A stretch of DNA of 61,409 nucleotides, filler included, from Basidiobolus ranarum (taxonomy: Eukaryota), in NCBI GenBank assembly GCA_040143965.1. It is 7 parts of 7 records of this genome, joined end to end, with 100 filler letters (N's around TTAATTAATTAA, not from the genome) between each part and the next. Parts side by side here need not be neighbours in the genome. Positions count along the whole stretch, not along the records: positions 35,185 to 43,862 come from JASJQH010000939.1; positions 43,963 to 52,638 come from JASJQH010000940.1; positions 52,739 to 61,409 come from JASJQH010000941.1; 4 more parts are not named here. The stretch is one strand, 5' to 3'. The translations under genes and the position numbers were made by a program. This document shows positions 40,005 through 52,919 of the stretch, piece after piece; within the stretch, counting starts at the first letter, position 1, and every line of letters starts with the position of its first letter. The notes below the pieces were generated by a model. That model was not told the DNA's origin and did not search any database. It was given only the letters and a program-made list of their open reading frames with translations.

Positions 40005-43000
40005 TTAATCGAATGTAACCTTTAGTACATAAACTAAATCATCTGCTCGAAGTAAGATCGCTGCTACCGGATTGGTAAAGACAAACGGTGTAGCATTGCC
40101 CAGTTCAGAGCTTGAAGCACGGAATAGTCCTAGTGGGATAATACCTTGCTCAGCGGCAAGCTCTCTATAGAGACCATCATATGTTTTATCCTAGATAACC
40201 AAAACGTATGCTTGAGATTAAGAATGGATTATGCTGATGCTAGCTTTAAAACATACCACAAATTTCTCTGGTACTTGGATGTAGCATAAATATGATGACG
40301 TTATGTCTAGCTGGGTATCAAAAGCAAGATCGCTCTGGCTACGTAAACCACAAAGAAGTCTGACTAATTTCATAATGGCCTCATTATGGTATCCCTAAAA
40401 GAGTAATATTGTTGGTTAGAATGTTTGGTGGAGAACGGAAAGGAGAGGAGAAGAGTACTTGGTAGAAAAGATGATCGATGGAGCAGTCAACAAAGACTTG
40501 ACCGGAGGCATAGCTACCGGCGTGTGTGAAGACTTTGGTGAATTGTCTCTTGGAATGATGGTCGGCAACTTGCAAAAGCTTAACATTAGCTTGCTCGACT
40601 ACAAGGAAAATTGTTAGCACCTGTCTTTGCTACATTCTTGTATCCAATATGAAGCTGCAAACCTATTTCCACGATGATGTACTTATTCTCGTCATGCTGC
40701 TGTAGAATTCTTCTAGCTAATTCGTTGCACATACTTGGAATTCCAATTGTGAGTTACTATGTCGAGATTCAACCTAAATTGACTTTAATCTACTTACATG
40801 ACTGATGTATCCACGTATTCATCATGCTTCTGGACAAAGTCATGCTTCCTTAGAATGATGATTCTGTTCGAACCGAGTATCCCAGCACGAATCAAGTCTT
40901 TCTCACTTCTTCTCTGCCCCTGTTAAATAAATAGTGAGTAAGGGAATATGTATACAACTGTGAGTATTGGTAACTTACAATAACAAAATAAACATCCGCG
41001 AAAACACCCAATGTGCTCAATTCAGATTCAGAAGGAGGGTTGCTACGAAGGATAACAATTGGGCGATGTTCAGATTCGGTAATATGTGCAGCTCTAGATT
41101 TCTTGGTTATTAGTTATCGTACAAGTGGATCGTATACTGCTCAAATACCAACCTCAAGGTACAAATCAAACGGAATGGATCAGAAAAGCCGGCACAAATC
41201 AATATATGACCAGACATTGTACGTGCGTCATCCAATACGACTTTGTCTGCCGAGCTAACTGGATATTTGAGCAGATGGCATAGTGGAGTGGATGGTTCTT
41301 CGTAAGGAGGTTGGGGTTGACCAACGATGATATTGGGATTGAATGTGGGGAATTCCACCTTATTAGATTTCTTTCGACATGTGGTGTATCTGGTTGATAC
41401 ATGCGGATTCATTAATAAATCGCGTTCGGAAGATGTCAAATGATTGATATGTTTTAGTGAGTTTTCGAATTCACTTCGAGTCTGAATTATAAGTAAATGT
41501 TATATGAGTGCTGCTACAGAACAAAGTGAACTCAAGATATTACCATGCTAGAGATTTCCTGAACTTCTTGAGGACCTTGACTGATATAATAACATATATC
41601 ATTGGGGCCAAGCTCATAGCTGTTACCGGGGTTAAGCACCAGATGATGAGCATTGAGTCTGTTAACGTACACATTAACTGCGAACAAAACAGCCTGGAAT
41701 TCCTGGTAAATATACTATTATTGCGGGGCGGTAAAATTAGTTCCGGCATTTATCACATGTGCTAGATAACTGTCTACGTACCCAGGAAACAAAAGCAAAA
41801 GGCTTGCCAACAAAAATAGGATTGACGAGACCCGAATAGATTTCGTTACCAGAGCCATCATCTAAAAAATACTTTCAATGAGTACACTGGCTATGTTGTA
41901 AACAAGAAGGTTATCCTACCGTATTGGGCTTGCCATGGTTCTGAATATTTATCAATGGGCTGACTGTTATACAAAAGGTTCAATATCAATGTAGCCGACC
42001 CTCTATAAAGACAATTATAGCCGATCAAGGCCTGCATAACAATAGGGAGTTATTATGATGTTAGCTTGAATATGGGTATGATGTGAACACAATACCTGTT
42101 GATACTCCTTTGGACAGATAGTTTGCGTGGTAACATTTTGTTGGTAGATAGCAGTGAATGGATGGTGATTGTAGGTATATATGGGAACATGAGGTGCATG
42201 AATATGAACAGCCCAAGTTCGGAGAGTGTTATTTTCATCTTCTTCAACGCTGTCTTCAATATCCCGATCTGTGAAATTAACATATTAGCGGATTTCCTTG
42301 CAAAGAGCAAATTAGGTAGTATGTACCAGATAAGATGAATACAGCACGGGCATCTTCTACACTAGCTCTCTGCAAGTCTTGTGTGTCCTATATAATGAAG
42401 ACGAGAACTATTAATACTGAGAAATATTCAGAGTAGTTTTGGAGAGAATTCGTACCAAGACAGATCCTTGAATGAATGTCACTCGACTTTTATAAGCAGG
42501 CATGCCTAAGAGAACTTTAATTTGAACTGAAGGTGGCTCACGGCCAAGGAACAGGAGCTTTGTTCCCAGAGCTTCTCTTTCTTGGTGAAGGAATCCGTTA
42601 AGGATATCCTTGACTCTCTGTACATGATCGAAGACTCCACATATCACGACGAGATTACCTTCTTTGTTATTTCTGTAGGATCCTCCTCCGGCTATTTCAT
42701 TATATGCATAAATACCAATTGTATTTAACTCTATTCAAAGAAGTCATACCTTTCTTTTGATTGAGGGTTTCAAGGGTATCGGAAATAAGACCCGGCAAGA
42801 TAGTCAACACGACAATAATCAGAAATATCACCACGAATTTCCCCGGAATCGAGCTGGGTGATATATCACCATAACCGACAGTAGAAACCGTAATAATGGT
42901 GAAGTAGAAGCTATCAATAAGGTTGTAATTTTTGTCGGCAAACATCAATTCGAAGTATTGAAATGCCGCCATGCCATTATATACAATAATAAGAATGTAA

Positions 43001-43862
43001 GCCACCAGCAGAGTGAGCTTCATTAGTAGCGGGTCATAAGGTTTATCTATTATTGAAAGGTCAGCTTTGGGTGTGACTTGAAGGGTGGAGCAGTTCTAAG
43101 ATACATACCAGAAAATCCTAGGTCCATCCGAATGTTCAGCGCACGTTTTATACGCCAAACAACCACTATACTCCTAAGAAAGTATGGAACTAAACAGACA
43201 AGAAAATTTAACATCAACGTAATCAACATCAACAGCGCTAGAGAAAGCAATAGAGACCATATAAATATTGCCCATGGGATATGAATAGACTGCTAATTAC
43301 AGGAACCCCAGTGACCAGATCCAAGAAAGTGTACAGACTTAATATCACCGACCATCTGAGAGAAAACACTCACGATGTTAATAAGTGCCACCTTGGAGTA
43401 TGATTTCAGCAGTCTCTTACCTGTTAGTCTGAGCGAAGGCAATTCCTGCATGAAAGAAAGTGTGAGACTCAACGTGAACATCAACCATTAATACGATGAT
43501 TACTAACTTAAGAATCGAGAGAGAATATTCTCACATGTCATGGCAATCATCAAATACCAAACTACAGTAGGGCGGTGGATCCAAAGCCACTTAGGAGTGA
43601 AATTTGTTGTCAGAGAGATTTGCATTTCCACCAGATATAAGATACAAAATAATGCATCAGCAATCAAATCGAGTATAACCTATGATGAGGATTGATTAGA
43701 CATGAAGATTGATGGGTACGTGGAAATTGCAGTAGGAATGACATACGATGAGGATCCGCCTTTGCTTTGAATTTACAAAAGCAAGCAACTTGGCCTTGTA
43801 GAATTCATAGTCCAGCAATGATTTAACATTTCCCCACAAGCTGTGACCTACAGTATTCTCAC
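40005..43862 (-). CDS. Slo/BK-family potassium channel (6TM core + two RCK domains), multi-exon, 5' end cut by contig end
   Basis: Pore FYFTIITVSTVGYGDISP, S6 GKFVVIFLII, RCK1 GGGSY..VVICG..VTFIQGSVL..DLQRA, RCK2 GHILIC..RPIVIL, YASGQV, IIPLGLFR, FVFTNP..LLRADDLVYVL; 3' end assumes no further intron. Confidence 0.92.
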
Positions 43863-43962
43863 NNNNNNNNNNNNNNNNNNNNNNNNNNNNNNNNNNNNNN
43901 NNNNNNTTAATTAATTAANNNNNNNNNNNNNNNNNNNNNNNNNNNNNNNNNNNNNNNNNNNN
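43863..43962. other. Artificial contig spacer
   Basis: N44-TTAATTAATTAA-N44. Confidence 0.98.
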
Positions 43963-44097
43963 AAGAGAATGACGAATTTGATGCATCTGGTTGGAACCAA
44001 CATTGTCAACGCGAACGATGAAGATGGATTGGTAAGTCTCCAAAAGACCCTTCAATTTGGTAAAGTACTGAGTCTTCTTTTCACCCTTGGAAGCCAT
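43963..44097 (-). CDS. RPP0: 60S acidic ribosomal protein P0 (uL10), 5' part (cut by contig end)
   Basis: KTQYFTKLKGLLETYQSIFIVRVDNVGSNQMHQIRHSL. Confidence 0.95.
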
Positions 44098-44974
44098 GTT
44101 GATCTGGATTGAGGAAGCATAATTATTACAATGGACGGGGATGGATGGTATCCTATATTTTTGTGATTAACATACCAATATAAATCCAACCGGAAGCAGA
44201 GGATTGTAGAACTTCCACTGGGTACACTATTTAAGCACAAGTCGATAGTTCATTTCCCTTAACGATTGGATACCCATGATTAATTTTACATCATGGGTGA
44301 TTAGACTCTTACAGCCCAGGAATTAGCCATCCCAACCCTATTGATTCATAATTGTTAGTTCGCAGTTATGACCAAGTGTTGACTCTTGATTGTAAGTTTC
44401 GAGGAGACTTGTATATTGCAAAACATGAATTTGAGAGCGCAGGTAAGTTTGGTCACTTTCTGTTTTTTCAATATTTAACTTATTTATTACGGAATAGTAT
44501 CAAGATAAAGAAACTATTTGAGGCTCATATGCGCTAAGTCAGCATGAAATAGACGTAGTGAGCCTAATTGGAAGTCGGAAAACCCAACTAAAATATAAAG
44601 AGTAGGGGAATATCGGGAATGAAAAACATTCGCCGACTAAAATAACACAAAAATGTTGAAAGTGGAGTTGACAAGCATCACACATCCATTTCCACATTAG
44701 GCATTCACGGCAGTATCAAATGGTACTATGAAATAAGAAGATAGGGGAACATTATTGCTACAAATATTGTATGCCAGGTCCCGGCCCTACAAGGATACCA
44801 AGACATCGAATGCCAAACCTCAGAAAAAAATATTGAAGGACATTAATGGTCAGAAATGGGAAAGACAATGTGAAGACACGAAGCGAGAGCAACACTAAAC
44901 TTGTCTTGTTGAAGATATTACGATATATAAGTATAGTTGAGGAAGTTGTAGCATTAGGCTCCAAAAAACACAGT

Positions 44975-46248
44975 TTAAGCTTGTGACATATTGATCACAG
45001 TATCCAACAATACTGTTACATCTTCAACATCTTGAAGATCCTCCAGTAATGGAACCAAGTCCAACAACTCAGTATCATGTGGGTCATTGAACCACGAACT
45101 AACAGGTACAGCATTGGTTGGATGGAATATATAACTAGCTGGAGAGTTATCTAGAATTATAACTTGGCGAAGGTCGCGACCTAGTTGAGATAAATCCTAA
45201 TGCAGCCATAAAATTCGTAACATTTTCAAGAGTCAATGTATAAGATGGAATTACCTACCTTTACATAGTTACCACCATAGTTGTAACACGACTCTCGGAA
45301 TAGACGATAATGAATGACATTATGAATATCGAGGGTATCCAGCACAGGGTCCGCGTACTGAATAGTGAAGTTATCAGAAGTGTTATGTAGGTTGGGTATC
45401 TAGGTTGAAGCATTACCTTTGCCAAGCTAGCAGTGAAGATCACAATTTCAAATATCTTTCCCACTTCCTTTAAAAATTCGTCTACTCCGGGACGTTTCAA
45501 AACGTAAACGCTGTGATATTGTCCCTCGATTTCCACAGGGATAACAAAATCAGCTTGTTCTACTGCCTAACAAATCTTTAGGACTAAGAACAACCTAACT
45601 TACAGAAGGTATGTGAACGGTCTTACTTTGAAAGAGCTATGTACCAGGGTTTCATCCAAATCCAGCACAAGGCACTTTCTACCAGTATGCTCTTTAGCTA
45701 TAGGGCCTAGCAGATACTTATCATCAACCTATTTTTGAATTTCTTAGTCATGGCCGCGCTTAATATAAAAATTGAACTTATATACCAAAGCCGGACGATC
45801 AATAACACGTTCAACCTCAGGAATGGAAGGAGCTATTTCATCTCTTTCAGCAATCTCAGGTACAGGTGAGGGTTTTGCAACCTTGGGATGAGCACCCGTA
45901 TTCGATAATGCCATGGCATATTTTTCCTCTTCCTGAATTTCACTGACATACGCCTTTCCTCCACAGGCACAGCTAAGCAAAGTAGAAAGGAAGGACCGAG
46001 TATTCTTACTTTCACTTTTATTTTTAGAAAAAGGAGTGGCTTTATTTCTGTTGAATGTGGGATCTATGGGTCGGTTTTCTGTTAAAATGTATGAAAGCAG
46101 AAAGGAAAGAATTAGCATACACCCTACCTTTATCTCTTGCATCGAAAAGAGCTTGCTCTGAAGCACCATCATTTTCTTGTTGCACTTGGGCAATCGGATT
46201 ATGGTGGTTGTTGTTGCTTTCAACTACGTCAGCGAGAACATTGGTCAT
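44975..46248 (-). CDS. PSR1: SCP/FCP1-like HAD phosphatase (Psr1/Psr2/CTDSP type), multi-exon
   Basis: [68 protein letters not shown]; upstream LSCACGG Cys cluster. Confidence 0.92.
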
Positions 46249-48735
46249 TGTGATTGGAGGATGGTATACGATAGGGTGATACTAGCTAATCTCAGTTCAG
46301 TTGAGGAGGTGAAGTATAACTCCTTGGCCAACTGAGTTAAGAGTATTCGCAAAGGATAATGTTATTATATTCCAAGAGTGAACGAAAGGAAGGTATACTT
46401 GTAATACATAAATCGAAGAGAATCAAATAGTATAATAACTCGTTTTACATTACCAATACATTAGGTGGTGTATCGGTTGTTTGAGCACCTAAGCCAGTAG
46501 TTGAACCAATTCCGAATCACAGAAATAAAGGGGCGATCAATTATGATATTCTCCTCCAAAGTATTGATACATTTAGATAGCCTTAAATGTTATTATTGAC
46601 ACGGACACAAGAATAGAAGTTCCATTCCCCCTATTCTCCAGGTACAATCAAAGCTCAGCACATCGGGCAGTAAAACGAAAGAAGGAAAACAACCCTCGAA
46701 GATTCCAAAAAATCGATATTATAATTAGTAAATTCATGAATTCTTCAGTGAGCACAACTTGTAACACGACTTTGGGTCTCTAATAATGTAGCCAGCTCTT
46801 ATTCCCAGAGAAATATCACACATACTGGGATAACAATGACTAATGTATGACATGGTATGACAGAATATTCCTGACAGCGTACGTGTCCTTGCTTCCCGAT
46901 GGTCCTTTCAACATACATTGACTTGCAACGCCCGTTAACTTTTCTGACAGTGAAGTGTTGCAAACGTCGTATTTCTCATATCTCATCATCTACATTTTTG
47001 AAGCACAAGCGATCAGAGTAAAATATCGATATTCTCTACTTGAAACGCGGCGAATTAAGCTTTCACTACCAACAAGTCTCCATCTTAATCCATATTCAGT
47101 TGCATTGGTGGTTACATACTCAAACTCCGAGAATGAAATTTTCCCTCTAATTTGGAATGCAAAAACCTTAACACCTTTGCCATTAATAGTAGCATATTTC
47201 CTGTATTCTATAATTATCATTTCCAATTAAAGATTGTGCAAGTACCGAGTTCTAGTCCAGACGCATTGTTTGATTTAATATCGATGTGCCACTCTGTTGG
47301 TATATACTTACTATTGAACCGTTTCCTAGTTTCTTATACGAACTGTACTCTACTGTTGCTTCATAACACTCTTTTTTAGCTCTGTAGGTTGAAGTAGAGT
47401 CGGTTTTTATTACTAGATTACCTTATCATTTACATGGTTCGAGATGAATCAGCGTGTATCAATCCAACCTAGTAAATTTGTCAGGAGATTCTTTCTCTTT
47501 CAACCACAAAAGTGTCAATAATTGATCAGTTTGAAACGCAAATTCGTATTTTTCGTAGAGAAACAACTGGGAAGTACTGCGAGTTCTCAAACACTTGTTG
47601 TATCAGTGACAATGATCCAAAAACAAATGGAATTGTGCTATCCTGGTTAAACTGTCCTTATCTAATAAGCGCTTCCATATATTGAGCTATCTTCAAAACG
47701 TAACACACTCAAAGACTTATTAATGAAAGCTCTTGTCGGTAAAATTAGGTCTGTCTACTTCATATCCTCAAATAGTCATTATGAGGTTAAGCTTTATACA
47801 AATAAGTAAGAGAACTAGGACTGGTATAAGGAGGTTTGATAGAATAAAATGTATTCTGCTAACAATTAATGCGCTAAAACCCAGTAATTTTATTGATTGA
47901 ATTACCGATGAGTAAATCGCAGTACGGCAAATGAGACAATTTCAACTGATATTGCCTCGTAGTTGGGGATGTAAATAAAACATTCATATCTACTCACTTT
48001 AGGGAGTTAAGACTTCGCATTTGCTGAGAGTCACAAAAGCCTTGCTATTACAAGAAAGCCAATGTTCCAGAGCCTGGATTAGTTGAGCACCCACTTATGA
48101 GATTATAGTTTTCAATCTCTATTAAAGGGTTTGCAAGAGTGAACTTCTCTCTCAACTATCTCAAGATAAAAATTTGTGCAATTCGTTAATTTCTATACAC
48201 ACGGAAGATCCGACATTCAACAGGCATTTTTCACCGTTGTATCCTAAAAGAGTACTAGATGCTGCCCTGGATTAATGAACAGGAATACCCGATTATCTAA
48301 TTTATTGCGCTGTAAAAGTGGTAAATGATGCCGCCAAAACTCAAGAGACGTTGCCAATGCTACATTGAGATGTTAAATACATCTTTCAGCAGGTGATATC
48401 TCCAAGAAACTAGGGCTGCTAAGATTTTCATCATCATACATGGATTCATTCCATTTTTCACAATGTCCATAAAAATTCTTTTTACTATGGAATTCTTCAT
48501 TGCCGTATAAAATTTACCACGCTCGATAAATCTTTTTTGTCGAGTCTCCTAGGTGAATGGGTGAAATCTGATTTGTTTTAATAAAATTTTAGTAAAAAAA
48601 ATTCTAATCTACTAATGAAATCCACGGATTCACCGGACGCGGGACCCATTACTACCTTATTCGGAGTCTCAATAAAAGAAAAGAAACATCAGAGGTGTCT
48701 TTCTCTCCAATTTACCGTACGTCCGTTCAATTGTA

Positions 48736-49465
48736 ATGGTCAGTATAGAATTATCCTTTTTATCCCCCAATATTCGCTGTTTCTCATGATTCCTACAATG
48801 TAAATAATGATCCAGTGATTCTCCAAGTTTTACTTGATGGATGAATCGAGTTTATGTATGCGATAAATGATAACACTCTGCACTCTATCTAACTAATCTT
48901 CTACTTGTAGGGTATCGACATTAGAAAACATCATGTCAAGAACGGCAACAGATCTGCGCCTCGTAGCCAGGATGTTTACCTTCGTCTGTTGGTGAAGTTG
49001 TACCGCTTTCTTGCTCGTCGTACCGATGCTAAATTCAACAAAGTTGTCCTCAAGCGTCTTTTTATGTCTCGTGTTAACCGCGCCCCTCTCTCCCTCTCTC
49101 GCTTAGCCCGTTACGCCAAGGGTAAGGAAGGAAAGGTCTCCGTTATCGTTGGTACTGTTACCGATGATGAACGTCTTATGGAAGTCCCCAAGCTTTCCGT
49201 GTGCGCTCTTCGCGTCACTAAGACTGCTCGCGCCAGAATCTTGAAGGCTGGTGGTGAAATCATCACTTTCGATCAATTGGCTCTTCGTTCCCCCACTGGT
49301 GCTAACACCGTTCTTTTGAGAGGTCCTAAGAACTCTCGTGAGGCCGTTAAGCACCGTGGTGCTGCTGGTGTTCCCAATGGTCATGCCAAACCTTATGTTC
49401 GTTCCAAGGGTCGCAAGTTCGAACGTGCCAGAGGTCGTCGTGCCAGTCGTGGTTACAAGAACTAA
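48736..49465 (+). CDS. RPL18: 60S ribosomal protein eL18
   Basis: ATG 48736, intron 48739-48910, [43 protein letters not shown]. Confidence 0.98.
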
Positions 49466-50192
49466 AAGAATTTTTTATTGGTGGGTTTCTACTATTAAAA
49501 AACATATTTCACGGAGTTTTCGTATGTATGTTGAATGCACTATCATCTCGATCTTGTCCGTAATAAAAAAGCTTGAAAATTTATAAACCCTAGTTCTTTT
49601 TGTATAAAGCAAGTCATGGACACGTCAAGCAGTTGCTGAGTGGATGTGCGTGCAAAAACAAGATCAGTGTTTACAATCCATCTCACTTGGATATTTTCTG
49701 GTGGTATGTACCAGTAGTCGCTTGATACCTACAACAGACGACGTGCCAAGATTGAGTCATTTGAAATTTCATCCATGCCAATAGGATTTTGGATCATGTT
49801 TAAGTTATGCACAAGATTAGATTGGTTTAAAGCTCTTGCTCTGTTCAAAGGCGTATGGTTGACTAACATATGATTGGCAATGAAGAAATGAAACTTCACT
49901 TGGCTCTACCATTCTCAGCATCATATTGGTGGTGAAGGTTATGTGCATGAATTCGATGCATTAATTCAACTTGGGGTGGCCGTGTGCTCGTAAAAATGTA
50001 CTAATCATATGTAATGTTGACATCTTGCTAGTACACAGTAGGCGTATACCACCACGTAGATGTATGCACATAATGCTTAGCGATTCAGGTACTTAAGTCA
50101 ATCGAAGTTGGTCAAGCGAAAAGTAATACACTCATTAGATCTACCTCTTACCTTACTCTTTCACATTCGATCCAATTTATCCACCCCTTGAT

Positions 50193-51641
50193 ATGGATCC
50201 TTCTAAACTTGTTGACATCTTTAATCAAGTTGAACTTGATATCAGTAAGCAGGCTACCGATTCCAAGGCCGAATGGTCCCCTTCTTCCTGGAGAAATAAG
50301 AAGGTTACTCAAGATGTCATTTACGAAGATAAAGAGGAGTTAGACCAAGTGTTGGCAAAACTCCACCACCTACCGCCCATGACATCTCCGCGTGAGATCA
50401 AGAATTTAAGAGAGCAGTTATCAGATGTTGCCCTTGGAAAATCTTTCTTACTACAAGGGGGAGATTGTGCTGAACTCTTTGAATATTGCAACAAAGAACA
50501 TATCGAGAACAAAATCAAAATCATCCTTCAAATGAGTCTAATTTTAACTTGGGGGGCTAGAATCCCTGTGGTGAGAATTGCTAGAATGGCTGGTCAGGTA
50601 CACCGAGGGTTCCGTTCTCATTCAATCTATCTATTTGACTAAAACCCATCACTTATTAGTACGCCAAGCCACGTTCTAAGCCCACAGAGATGGTGGATGG
50701 CGAGGAAGTTCTCTCATTCCGTGGAGATAATGTCAACGGGTTTGACCCATCCGACCGTAAACCCGATCCACAACGCTTGCTGGGGTATGTAGTGAACATA
50801 TTTGAAACGGGAATCAATAGACTTATGTTTCATTTAATCTAGGGCGTATTTCCATTCAGCAGCCAGTATGAATTACGTGCGATCGATCCTCCACTGTAAG
50901 TTACCATCAGTTACACCCAATGCAACTATTACTAACCCCAACACTTGACAACTATGGTATGAAAACAGCCGGTTTTGCTGGTAAGTGGCACATCCATTTC
51001 TTATAGTATGCGAAAATCCGTTGAAAAATTGAATGTTATTCAGATCTTCACGACACTTCCGCTTGGGATCTTCATCACTTCCGAGATAGTCAAACCAGAG
51101 AAGAATACCAAACCATAGCAAATCGACTGTCGGATGCCTTAAACTACATGAAAGTGGTGGGAGCGGATGTCCCACAAATTAGAAATATTGATCTATTCAC
51201 ATCGCATGAGGGGTTGGTTCTTCCTTATGAAGAGGCACTCACCAGACAACTTCCGGATCCCGACACTCACGAGATGAAATGGTACAATACAAGTGCACAC
51301 TTCATATGGATCGGCGATCGAACCCGCCAAATTGATGGTGCCCACGTTGAATATTTTTCCGGCATCGAAAATCCTATAGGTATCAAATGTGGTCCATCGA
51401 TGGAGCCACAGGAATTGACAAGGTTACTAGACATTGTCAACCCTAAGAAAGAAATTGGCAAAGTCACCTTGATCACCCGTTATGGCTGTAATCTGGTAAG
51501 TGCCCAGCAAAATCGCCAGTTAGTATGTAACATCACATTCAAAGGATTCCAATATTATAGGTTGACCAATTTCTACCTGGACACATTAAAGCGGTGCAAG
51601 AGTCAGGGCATGTAGTGGATTACACAAACAAATTAGTCTGA
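50193..51641 (+). pseudogene. Class II DAHP synthase, multi-exon, apparently 3'-truncated at ~51617
   Basis: [72 protein letters not shown]; similarity stops at SGHVV, before the conserved DPMHGN. Confidence 0.85.
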
Positions 51642-52270
51642 ATTATAGAGGTACTCACTCTGTGTCCATGGATTGGGCTTTGTGGCTGTTGTTGTGCTCA
51701 AACAATGCAAAAACCAGTGAACACATAAAAAAGAGCCCTTTGTTGGAAGGTTAATATACTCTGGAGTCTCCTTAACCCATGACATTACATCCATCACAGA
51801 TTTTGTTAATATATTTTTAATCAGATTAGCATACAAAAATACTGAGAATTTCATACAGAGCATCATTTCATCACTGGTGCACTCCATTGGGAACTCCCAA
51901 ATGTATAGCAATGGCCTATAATCTCTGAGCATTACAAAAGATGCAGCAGGGAATGTATTGAATACAGGCATAGATTTAGTCTATCTCCTTTAATCCTTTA
52001 ATAAAGTTTTTCATATCCAATTACAAAATCTTTGCATAGTTGTAGTATCTGCCTGAGATCTGCCAATGTGAGTTGATGCCATAGGAATGTATTAACAATA
52101 TCCACAAATAACCTCCAATGTTGCCAATACTTATCAGGCAGATATCTTTTCAAGATTCCACTTGAATATATTCAAATATTGTACTTCCATTCATTGCTCT
52201 TGCATAAATGCCTCAATGAGTGAATATTGATGGGAGTCCTGGTAAAATATGATGGTATTTTGATGTTTTA
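51620..52270 (-). mobile_element. Decayed LINE-like fragment, same family as 23850-24470
   Basis: Shared blocks AGTGGAATCTTGAAAA, CTGATAAGT.TTGGCAA.ATTGG and GCTCAGAGATTAT; CpG-poor. Confidence 0.6.
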
Positions 52271-52379
52271 AAACATTTTCCCATGTCATTCAAACTTTGA
52301 TCCTATCTCAAATGGCTCATTTATATTGACTTTTTCACTATATAGCTGAGTAAGTAGTATTGGAATATTGTTGAATAGT

Positions 52380-52638
52380 AAGTGTATAGTTCCTAAATGG
52401 AAGCTCTGGCTCCAGCTGATCTTCTCTAGCAATATAATCTTAGGCTTATGGCTAAAACCAAGTTTGAGGTTAGACTTACTATTTGGTGAATTGACATTTT
52501 CTCCCGTTGCTAAGTTTACCTCAATCTGAGTAATCCTAGCCATTGCTACCCACCAAGGAATGCTGATTGAACAAATGAATGTCAAGACAGCATTTCTTAA
52601 TGGAGAAATTGATGAAGATATATACATGGATCAACCAG
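52380..52638 (+). mobile_element. Decayed Ty1/Copia reverse transcriptase fragment
   Basis: FSPVAKFTSI*VILAIA..QMNVKTAFLNGEIDEDIYMDQP. Confidence 0.92.
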
Positions 52639-52738
52639 NNNNNNNNNNNNNNNNNNNNNNNNNNNNNNNNNNNNNNNNNNNNTTAATTAATTAANNNNNN
52701 NNNNNNNNNNNNNNNNNNNNNNNNNNNNNNNNNNNNNN
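52639..52738. other. Artificial contig spacer
   Basis: N44-TTAATTAATTAA-N44. Confidence 0.98.
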
Positions 52739-52849
52739 ATTAATACTAACTATACATCACATTGATATTTATATACTCCTTAGTGCTATTTGTCCCAGTG
52801 GTTGTCACATTTAATCTTACACCTGACCATCGACGTTAGCTTGAAAAGG

Positions 52850-52856
52850 TATAAAT
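52850..52856 (+). promoter_or_regulatory. Possible TATA box of the PL14 gene
   Basis: TATAAAT 70 nt upstream of ATG 52920. Confidence 0.4.
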
Positions 52857-52919
52857 GTCAGCTTTGGAGTTGTCACAGAGCTAGTTCATAGCTTCAACCC
52901 TTTAACAATTGATATCAAT

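Noticed and set aside
43800..44097. Fusion or linkage of RPP0 with the K+ channel, and clustering of four ribosomal protein genes
   Set aside because: They are separated by artificial spacers; only RPP0 and RPL18 share a contig
48739..48910. Box C/D snoRNA in the RPL18 intron
   Set aside because: Several TGAT words, but no clean RTGATGA plus terminal CTGA pair
52286..52627. 113-aa minus-strand ORF
   Set aside because: Antisense shadow of the plus-strand Copia RT fragment
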